Source: Methanoculleus sp. UBA303
Lineage (GTDB): Archaea > Halobacteriota > Methanomicrobia > Methanomicrobiales > Methanoculleaceae
DNA: 64,000 bases
Strand: one strand, 5' to 3'
NCBI RefSeq assembly: GCF_002501655.1
Contig: NZ_DANY01000024.1
Both the position numbers and the translations under genes were made by a program. A model generated the notes under the pieces. The model saw nothing but the letters and a program-made list of their open reading frames with translations, made no database searches and was not told where the DNA came from. Within the stretch, counting starts at the first letter, position 1; every line of letters starts with the position of its first letter. This document shows positions 18,637 through 27,200 of this stretch, piece after piece.

Positions 18637-20799
18637 ATGACGACCCCGTACCCTCCGTCCAAACGTGATGACCTCGCGAGGTTCTACGTCCTGATCGACG
18701 AACTCAAAGACCGTCTCGGAGGATATCGCTATCTGTCCCGATGCCACGATCGGATGGACTGGCCGAGACGAGGGGTCTACTTCTTCTTCGAGCCCGGTGA
18801 AGTCCGCTTCGATGGGACGGCGTTGCGGGTCGTCCGTGTAGGAACGCATGCCATAGCCACGAATACGGGTACCCGGCTCTGGCGGCGCCTCGCCACGCAC
18901 CGTGGAACCAGGAGCGGCGGCGGAAATCATCGCGGTTCGGTCTTTCGAAAACTCGTCGGCGCTGCGCTGATACACCGGGGAGACTATCCCGCCTCTGCTA
19001 CGGCACTGTGGGGAATCGGCAACACAACCCGGCGGGAGGCTCATGAGAGAGAGTGGATTGTCGAGCGGGACGTCAGCGAGTACATCGGGAGGATGCCGTT
19101 CCTCTGGCTCCCGGTTGATGACGAACCCGGACCGGAAAGCGATCGTAAGGTCATTGAAAAGAACGCGATCGCACTGCTCAGTGCGGTTCACGGAAGCCCA
19201 GACCATCCCTCCGAGACCTGGCTAGGACACGCATGCCCCCATCCGGACATGCGTGCATCCGCCCTCTGGAACTCGGATCACGTGCGGGAGCCCTACGACC
19301 CGGCATTCCTTGACCTATTTGAGGGATATGTCTCGTCCGTGGCATCCAGTGGATCTCCGCTTTCAGATGAGAGTCTTGAAATCGTCACGCAGCGACACCG
19401 AAGCATGGACGATGAACAGCACGCAGATCACCTCTGGCTTGCCACAGTCACCCTCCGCTCTGATACATTCAAGTACCCGAACAATGACCCCGAGAAGAAC
19501 CGAGCGAAGAACGAAGACCGGTTCACCGCTCTCACCCGGATCATCACCGACCTCGCGGCGAGCTATTCCGGACCGGGAGTCGTCGTGTTTCCCGGCGGGT
19601 ATTTCCATTCAGGCACTGATGAGGTCGATGCGCAGGAGAACTCTTACCTGCAGGCAATGGTGGACAGGGTTGCAGGCCTGCTGAATGCTCTGCCACATCA
19701 TCCAGCCCCGATCTATGCAACTATTGGCATTGACGGCAAGGTTGACGTTCAAGAGGGAGACTCATACCGGTACGATCGGAACCAGGTGGGCATCGCCGTC
19801 ACGCGGGACGGGCTTGTCGCATTTGCAAAGAAATTTTATCCAACGGATGATCGCGAAAAGAATCTGGTCGATCTTGCTGAAAGTTACTCCTCACGCGAAA
19901 CGGCACTCGGGCAACGATGGGATCGCGTGTTTTCGATCGGCAAGCAGGGATTCTACCTTGCCATTTGTAACGATATCAAGGGACTGCCCGCGATAGAAAA
20001 GCCAGATGGTGTCGCGTATATCCTGAATCTGGTTCATGGCTGTTATCGACCGGGTGAAGGCCCTAAATGTACTTATTTCGTTCGAATGGGATTTGGGGGT
20101 GCATCCAGGTCCTGGAAATGCCCGGTCTTCGGTACAGTTGTCTTCTTCCAACGTGACATTGCAGAGAAGTGGCGACCAGGCATGTACTACCGGACATGGG
20201 ACAAGATGCCCATACAATGCACAACCGATGAAAACAGCACCATGCCCGAGCATACTCTCGATTTGATAGCATTGGCGGACGGCTATGCCCGCGTTGATGT
20301 ATACGATCTTGACACACTACCCGCACAGGCGGCCATCACATCCGAAATATGCAGAGAGAGATCGAAGATTCCGGTGAGGTCATCGACGCCGCAAGTCCGT
20401 GAACCCGATTCAATCCTCGATGAGCGCTATAACCGGCTTCTCTCGGCACTGACACAGGTCTTCGGAAACACTGTCATGGAACAGAAGACGAAGAACACTA
20501 TCCGTGGAAAGAATGTGATCGGATATCCCGGAAAACAGCAGATCGACATGATATCGTTGTTTAAACCGGGAAAACAGAGCGGGAACGGCATAAGATTCCG
20601 TATGTACACCCATCTCATTGCGGCACATCTCAATACTGGTGAGAAAACAATTGCAGCTTTGCTCCCACAAAATTCAGTGTACGGAGAGGAGCGGGAGAAC
20701 CCGCATATTGGAGAGATCTTCCAGGAAGGTTCTTTTAAAACTGAAGGCGAGGTAGAGGCATTTCTAACCGGCGTTCAAGAGCTGCATGGCAGAGGTTGA
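18637..20799 (+). CDS. Fusion protein: GIY-YIG-like nuclease + carbon-nitrogen hydrolase (nitrilase) fold + unknown C-terminal domain
   Basis: N-terminus RRGVYFFFE...VVRVGTHA...LWRRLATHRG...IEKNAIALLS. Middle VVVFPGGYF, RNQVGIAVTRDG, AKKFYP, FYLAICNDI. 720 aa. Confidence 0.6.
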   Translation: MTTPYPPSKRDDLARFYVLIDELKDRLGGYRYLSRCHDRMDWPRRGVYFFFEPGEVRFDGTALRVVRVGTHAIATNTGTRLWRRLATHRGTRSGGGNHRGSVFRKLVGAALIHRGDYPASATALWGIGNTTRREAHEREWIVERDVSEYIGRMPFLWLPVDDEPGPESDRKVIEKNAIALLSAVHGSPDHPSETWLGHACPHPDMRASALWNSDHVREPYDPAFLDLFEGYVSSVASSGSPLSDESLEIVTQRHRSMDDEQHADHLWLATVTLRSDTFKYPNNDPEKNRAKNEDRFTALTRIITDLAASYSGPGVVVFPGGYFHSGTDEVDAQENSYLQAMVDRVAGLLNALPHHPAPIYATIGIDGKVDVQEGDSYRYDRNQVGIAVTRDGLVAFAKKFYPTDDREKNLVDLAESYSSRETALGQRWDRVFSIGKQGFYLAICNDIKGLPAIEKPDGVAYILNLVHGCYRPGEGPKCTYFVRMGFGGASRSWKCPVFGTVVFFQRDIAEKWRPGMYYRTWDKMPIQCTTDENSTMPEHTLDLIALADGYARVDVYDLDTLPAQAAITSEICRERSKIPVRSSTPQVREPDSILDERYNRLLSALTQVFGNTVMEQKTKNTIRGKNVIGYPGKQQIDMISLFKPGKQSGNGIRFRMYTHLIAAHLNTGEKTIAALLPQNSVYGEERENPHIGEIFQEGSFKTEGEVEAFLTGVQELHGRG

Positions 20800-20813
20800 T
20801 CCCTCACAGTAAC

Positions 20814-21692
20814 CTATTCAACGGTGTCGCTCTCAAGCAGCCCGCTCACACAGGCAATGTACCTCCCGGCATCGGTTATGTGAACAGTGAATCGTCTGCC
20901 CATCCAGATGCGAGTGATGTAGCCTGCAGTTTCCAACTTGTGCAGGTACTTCCGGTTCGTCCTGTTGAGGAGCTCCCGGTTCAGCGAACTTGAAACATAT
21001 TCGCCGCTCTTGTTCTCCTTATCGGGCAGATGCTTGTAGCCTTCGATCCCTTTCTTCTGGAAAAGGGTGAAGAGGTCTTTGCTGGTCATTCCTTGCTCCC
21101 GCCGGTAGAGTTCGACAAGCAGCAGCTGACACTCGGCGTCCGGCATCATGATAGAGAAGTTGTACAGCGGTTCGACCCGTCCGGTCTTCACAATACTCAG
21201 ACCGTGATCTGCCTCGAGCGCGGCATCGTCGCCAGTTGCATAGCGGTCAGCATGCACATAGTACGCCGTAACCCCGTGCACCATCGCCGCCATGGTGACG
21301 GCCACCGATGTCATCCTGCCGCAGGCTGACATATTGATGAGGATCTCGTTCCCCTGCCGCTTCTCTTTCACAATCAGGGACGAGACGACCCGGAGCACGT
21401 CGAGGATGTCGAACATATTGCAGTAGGTGACTTCCGGATGGACGCCCGCCGCCAGCAACCCTTCACAGACTTTCTTCGTATAGTGACGCTGCTTCTCCAG
21501 CATCTGCTCGTCCAGATCGGCGGTGTCCGGGACAACAATGACGTACGCCCGCTCGGCCCGATAGGTATTGAACGGCTGTACTGCCCGGTCGATCTCATGC
21601 CCGAGCGGGATCAGGTGAACCCGCTCGTTCAGGCCGTCGGGCCGGGGAGGCTTGATCGGATCGGAAGTCTTCACAATAGTCACAATAGTCAC
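20814..21692 (-). CDS. CARF-like + winged-HTH transcriptional regulator (DUF6293/Csa3-like)
   Basis: Rossmann-like N-terminus RVHLIPLGHEIDR...INMSACGRMTSVA and C-terminal wHTH YLHKLETAGYITRIWMGRRFTVHITDAG. Confidence 0.75.
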   Translation of the reverse strand: MTIVTIVKTSDPIKPPRPDGLNERVHLIPLGHEIDRAVQPFNTYRAERAYVIVVPDTADLDEQMLEKQRHYTKKVCEGLLAAGVHPEVTYCNMFDILDVLRVVSSLIVKEKRQGNEILINMSACGRMTSVAVTMAAMVHGVTAYYVHADRYATGDDAALEADHGLSIVKTGRVEPLYNFSIMMPDAECQLLLVELYRREQGMTSKDLFTLFQKKGIEGYKHLPDKENKSGEYVSSSLNRELLNRTNRKYLHKLETAGYITRIWMGRRFTVHITDAGRYIACVSGLLESDTVE

Positions 21693-21774
21693 GTGAATTT
21701 ATTAAAGGTTCCCCTGTGCGTATACAGCAATGGGACAGGGCGATGGGGAGCTCTGCTCGCACGAGGAACCAGAA

Positions 21775-22509
21775 ATGAACGGACATACCATCAAAGCACC
21801 GGTAAGAGAGCGGATCGACAACCTGATCAAGACCTGTGACTTCGCAGATCTCTACCGCACGTACGCATGGAAACGGGATCGCTGGCAGAATGGATTCCCG
21901 GATATCTGCCGGCTCGAGCATGAGATCGGCGACGCGGCCAGAGCAGGAACACTCTCCGAAGACCACCTGAAAGCGATCGCGCGGTGGGGCGGCCTGCCGA
22001 GCATCGAGCGGATTAAAGCGCCCACCCCGATCCAGATCGCGCTCTTTGAGGATGGAAACGTCGCCCGATGGGCAGAAGACAATCCAGAGAACGCCATCCG
22101 CATACTCGCCGGTCAGATCCGGGGGTTCGGCCCCACCTATACCAGCAAGCTCCTGCGGTTCGCAGCACCGGAACTCTTCGGGGCTATCGACACCCGGATC
22201 GTCCGGGTTTTCGGAATAGGAGACACCGCATCCGACGACCTGCGCCTTCTCGACCTGACTGCAACGCCCGTCGACGGACGCTGGGCGATCCTCTCCGGTC
22301 AGCAGGGCTGGCCGGATGAGTATAGAATGTGGATCGCCATTCTGACCTATGCAGCGGCGCAGCTCAATGCAGCAGGCAAACTGTGCCCCCACCCAGACGC
22401 TTGCGTCGATTCAGGACTTCGCGAGCGTGGGATCTGGCAGAACGCTGATGTGGAGATGGCATTCTTTAATTACGCTTCGGAGAATATCCAGAACATAAGG
22501 AGGAACTGA
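21775..22509 (+). CDS. HhH / OGG-fold DNA glycosylase-like protein, paralogue B
   Basis: IRGFGPTYTSK, FGAIDTR, ADVEMAFF; aligns end to end with paralogue A. ATG at 21775 is preceded by GAGGA. Confidence 0.6.
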   Translation: MNGHTIKAPVRERIDNLIKTCDFADLYRTYAWKRDRWQNGFPDICRLEHEIGDAARAGTLSEDHLKAIARWGGLPSIERIKAPTPIQIALFEDGNVARWAEDNPENAIRILAGQIRGFGPTYTSKLLRFAAPELFGAIDTRIVRVFGIGDTASDDLRLLDLTATPVDGRWAILSGQQGWPDEYRMWIAILTYAAAQLNAAGKLCPHPDACVDSGLRERGIWQNADVEMAFFNYASENIQNIRRN

Positions 22510-22510
22510 A

Positions 22511-23821
22511 ATGAATACCCCTGAAGACCGCTCACGGGAAGCAAATGAGCTGAGGAAAACTGGGAGATGCAACGATGCCCTGGAGATCTATCGTGAGCTC
22601 TGGGACGGCCAGTATCACAACGGATATACTGCTGCAGGCCTGCTGCACTGTCTCCGAAAGCTACACCGTATCAACGAGGCGATGACTTTCGCCGACGAGA
22701 TCGCCGCGCGGTACCCCGATCTCAACTGGGTAAACCTTGAGGTCGCGTGGGCATACGTCGACTACATCAAGGAGATCGCAGAGGACGGAGCTTCCGTCCC
22801 GGTGCTCCACGCCTGCGGAGAGAGGGTTCTCTCCAGAAACCCGCCCCCACAACCGGTGAACCATATCGCCTTCACCATTATGAAACCGGCAAAAGACGCC
22901 AAGGACTGGAATACACTGGCAGCATGGATGTCCCGGGTCGATCCGTCGCTGCTCAGCCCGGCGGGGATGAAGCTCCCCGACGGCAAAGAAGGCTGGAGTT
23001 ACCTTGCCCGGTGGTATCACTACCGGAACATGGGTCTCATCGGCACCGGGCGAGCGCAAGAGGCCCTTCCCCTCTGCCGTGAAGCGATCGAGAAGTTTCC
23101 GAACCAGTACAAATTCTTTGCATACGACCTCGCCAGGGCGTATGCGGGCATCGGTGCGTACGAAAAGGCAGCAGAGACATTTGACGAACTCTGCCGGAAT
23201 GTCCGGCCGGACTTCTACCACCTCTTTGATTATGGAAAGGTTGTCCACCAGCTCGGCCGCCCGGAAGAAGCATTGGGACTGATGGCCCGGGCTGCGAAGG
23301 CAGGGCAACGCCCGGAGTTCATGGTCGGATACTTCATGGATATGGGTGACATCTTCAAGCAGGTCGGCCGCCTGGACGCAGCTCGCGACCACTATACGCT
23401 GGCAACAGCCCTGCGGATGCGAAATTCGTGGTCCATCCCTGCTGAATTGCAGCAGCGCCTCGATGAGAACGCCATCGCTTCGATCGAGGATTCCGTCGAG
23501 GAACTCACCTATCGGTGCAGTCGCCACTGGAGCGACTGCGAAACCGAACCGAGTCCCATAACGACGCAGTATGAGCGGGAAAAACCACTTGAGGAGGGAA
23601 TCACCGGCACGATCTATCTCGGCCATCCAGAGCGCGAGTATTTCTTCATCAACCCGCCGGGCACTGACGGATACATTGGATTCAAGAACGAGCTCACCTG
23701 GGCACCTGAAGACCGGAGCCAGGTTGTATTCGATGTGGTTCCATCGTTTAACCGGAAGAAGAACGAGTGGGCTGCAAAGGCGGCGAACGTCCGACCGACA
23801 GACAATACCCCAGCAAAGTGA
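22511..23821 (+). CDS. TPR-repeat protein with C-terminal cold-shock/OB-like domain
   Basis: Repeated helical TPR-like units (ALPLCREAIEKFP, YDLARAYAGIGAYEKAAETF, YGKVVHQLGRPEEAL). C-terminal GTIYL...YFFI...VVFDVVPS...AKAANVR resembles a CSD. Confidence 0.75.
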   Translation: MNTPEDRSREANELRKTGRCNDALEIYRELWDGQYHNGYTAAGLLHCLRKLHRINEAMTFADEIAARYPDLNWVNLEVAWAYVDYIKEIAEDGASVPVLHACGERVLSRNPPPQPVNHIAFTIMKPAKDAKDWNTLAAWMSRVDPSLLSPAGMKLPDGKEGWSYLARWYHYRNMGLIGTGRAQEALPLCREAIEKFPNQYKFFAYDLARAYAGIGAYEKAAETFDELCRNVRPDFYHLFDYGKVVHQLGRPEEALGLMARAAKAGQRPEFMVGYFMDMGDIFKQVGRLDAARDHYTLATALRMRNSWSIPAELQQRLDENAIASIEDSVEELTYRCSRHWSDCETEPSPITTQYEREKPLEEGITGTIYLGHPEREYFFINPPGTDGYIGFKNELTWAPEDRSQVVFDVVPSFNRKKNEWAAKAANVRPTDNTPAK

Positions 23822-23851
23822 GGAGAACACAATAACAGGAGGGCATTTGAG

Positions 23852-24259
23852 ATGGAGATAACTGTCATCGCCAGATTTGGGGTAGGCGATATCGACACCT
23901 ATGAGATCTCACCGGCAGTCTTGGAGATAGTCGTAGATCCAGAACGAGGCGGGGTTGTGGAAGACATACTCCTCCGTCACTCCACTTTAGGGAACTTTCG
24001 GTACGCTGCAGAACCACCTCTCGGAAGATTCCAAATTACAGTAGGTCAGCATAGCGACCTTGACCGCATCGAAGAGGCACTGGTGGAGATCGCAACGCTG
24101 GAAGGCGATGGAGTTCCCTTTAACTTCAGCAACACCTATGCCATACGGGATCTCATCCGGGAACTGCAGCAGCAGCGAGAGGAGATGATCGTGAGAAAAG
24201 AGACTGACACGATCGAAGACGAGATCGCGACAGGAATTTACGGCGACGAGTATTACTGA
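23852..24259 (+). CDS. Hypothetical acidic protein, 135 aa
   Basis: GGAGG RBS-like motif upstream, co-oriented 30 bp after the TPR gene; no motif recognised. Confidence 0.7.
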   Translation: MEITVIARFGVGDIDTYEISPAVLEIVVDPERGGVVEDILLRHSTLGNFRYAAEPPLGRFQITVGQHSDLDRIEEALVEIATLEGDGVPFNFSNTYAIRDLIRELQQQREEMIVRKETDTIEDEIATGIYGDEYY

Positions 24260-24277
24260 GTGCCGCTTTCAGGGTAC

Positions 24278-27200
24278 TCAAAACAGAGTGCACCTATTTG
24301 ATGTTTTTTCAGAACCGATCACAGTTTTTAGATCAGCGATATGGTCTGTAGTAAAATAAACTGTTACCCGCCCCTTTGCAAGAACGATCTCCAATGCATT
24401 TCCTTCCATCCTTTCAAACAATGCTCTCATCAAATCACGTGACGCATTCGCATATTGGAACATTGCACTATGGTTAGGGCACAGCGCCAGATAGTTCTCA
24501 CGATGGCGTTTCTTCAGGTCAGTCAGAAATTCAACCTTCTCCACATAGTAAGTCCCATCGTCAAGCTGAAAGGGGAGCGGTTTTTTACAGATCTGACAGA
24601 TCATCACCCCATCACGATCTGTATAGTGGTCGCGAAGATATTGCTCAGCCTCTAACTTGACCTCTTCTCGGCCAATAGAGACAGAACGTTCTCGTGTTTC
24701 AGTGATCCGATCTTGAGCCATAGTGGCCTGTTGCGCAACACGTGCGGCTCTGAAGTCCGGGTTACGGGACTCATGTTCAGGGAGCTCATTCGTCCAAGGA
24801 GAACGCTGCTCTGCCAGGGGCTGATCAACAGCCAATCCTGGGCTATAAACGGGTCTGGTAGTTCCTTTGAAATCCACTGCATCACTACTCTGGCCGAACT
24901 CACCAACGATCACTCCGTCGCTTGCGGCGTGATGTGTCTGAGCACCCCCTTCACTGGAAGGAGCTGTCGTGGGTACTCCCTTCAAAGGTGATGGACTGAC
25001 AGGCGCTATATCCTCCGGAAATAAGCCAGGTTCCCTCGACAACTCAGGTTCGAGAGAGAGAGTGTTTCCGTCTTCTCCCAAGGAATCAATCCACTCCCTG
25101 ACCTCATCCGGAACTTTTAGATTTTCTTTCTTAATTCTCCATTCCCAATCGTTTTCGCCAAGGACAACTTCAACCCGGTTAGATAATTCGATGTAAGCGT
25201 GATTTGGCATTAAGCAACGGGCAATAGCCCAGGCAACAGAGTTTTTGACGTGACCACCTGAGCTGTTTGAAATAAGCAGTCTGCCCGAATCTATATCCAA
25301 GTACGCATCACAGGGTTTTTCTATCGCGATTTCCCCTAGGCGATAAACCACATTTAGTTCATCAGTCAGACATTCAGTCGTTTTCAGGAATGACTTGAGT
25401 GTTTTCCTCTCCAGCAGTCTCTTGTAATCATCCGGAAACTTTTCAAAGATCCAGGTAGCGACGAGAATTTTTGCCGAATCGGTCAGAAAATCAGGTTCTT
25501 CTTTATTTCGACGTCCACTATTTCCCACCACTGAATAGGTTACTGCATCTGAGAGATATCGAAGTCCGAAAGCCTGAAAAAATACCCCCCAATCCGCAGA
25601 AGAACCTTTTGGAGGATGCCATATCAGGTGGACGCCACTGCTTTGAAATATTTCTTTCAGTTCCCCATCGCCCGGAATAAATACAGATTCTGGAGATTCA
25701 AAGGTAGAATTCTGCGTCAATATTTTCGCTTCATGTTTGAACCCATCCCACCACGCGGGACGTTTCTCTTCAGCCATTGCACAGACAGGACGCACTTCCC
25801 GGTAGATGTTGGTCAGAATCTTTTCGATCCTCTGCTTTTCACCATCTAATTCACCCTGAAGAGACAGCCACCGCCGAGCGAAACATTCGGTGTCAACATC
25901 CTTTTTAACTGAGAGCGCATCTACAAAAAAACCCTTAAGTTTTGGGTAATGTTTTTCGAGGTAGAAGAACTCATCACCCAGCATCTCGCTGCGATCACTC
26001 CAGATGACTTCATTGATCGAAGCCCAGCGGGGCGCTGTTGCTTCCGCAGGTATGAAAAAGAGATTGCCTACCTTGAACCGTTTGATTATATCAGAATCTA
26101 GATCCAAAGAGGCGAGATATCGGTACACTCTTTCCGCGAACTCCGGGGATCCAGATCCTTTTTGCGACTGTTCTTCTAGGATGGCGACTAATTCTCCGGC
26201 GTTTACTTGATCTCTGATACCCAGTAGCTTAATCACACTTTTAGGAAGAGTCCCTCTAAAATAGGGAACAGAATCGCTAAAAATTTCTCGAATGTTCTCG
26301 AAATGGAGAAACGCTTCATCGGGACGGGTATAGCCTTTTGCCGTAGGCAGCCAAGGAGTATTTTTTAGCGATACAAGGAGTTCTGAATCGTAATTTGATT
26401 TTCTCCGAGAATAGTAAAAGTACGTGACCGTGGCTTTTAACCAAGGCATCGTTTCATTTTGGTGATTTAGCCAATTGATTAAACCTTGTGAAAATTTGAC
26501 TTTCCCTGCTTCGTCAAGCGTGTGGAAGCGATTTAATAATTCAAAAGGTCGCCAATTGGATATTTTTCTTCCACTTGTGGAATTATTATCACGTACACAT
26601 TCTCTTTCGTATACTGTCAGTGGACTAGATTCAAGATCTTCATTTTTTCGAGCTGGAGGATAGCGCGTAACCCCCACTTTATCCCACAGTTTTTCAATCC
26701 CATCCGGTAGACCAGTTACATCGTCACTGCAAATATAACGGTTTGAAAGTGAGACAAGGTGTTGCCTATCCTCTGTTGTCGCAAAGACGTTTTGCCATCC
26801 AGTTTCAGGGTCTAATGCTTCTGGCGTTACTAGGACCTGGATCCCAGGCAGGGCTTTTGCTTCCGACAGCAGCATCTTCCTGTTATCCGAGAGCAATACC
26901 GGAATATCCTTGAAATCAATCTCCTCCACTTCGGCAAACTGTGAGAGAAAAATGGTTACAGATACGAGCTCATCTTCTGATAGATATTTATACCCTATTT
27001 TAAGCGAGTCCAGAATATCAACTGCGCAATTTGCTTTTGAGAAGGGCTTAATTCTCAAAATTTTGGTCATCCAGTCGCAGATCTGTTTGTCGTTTTTTAT
27101 TTTGCTGTAAAAATCCTTATGCAGAAAGGCCAGTGTTACACAGGTGCACTCAGGGACATCCCTCAGTGCTTTCTCACAGTCCTCATCGCATTCGAAATAA

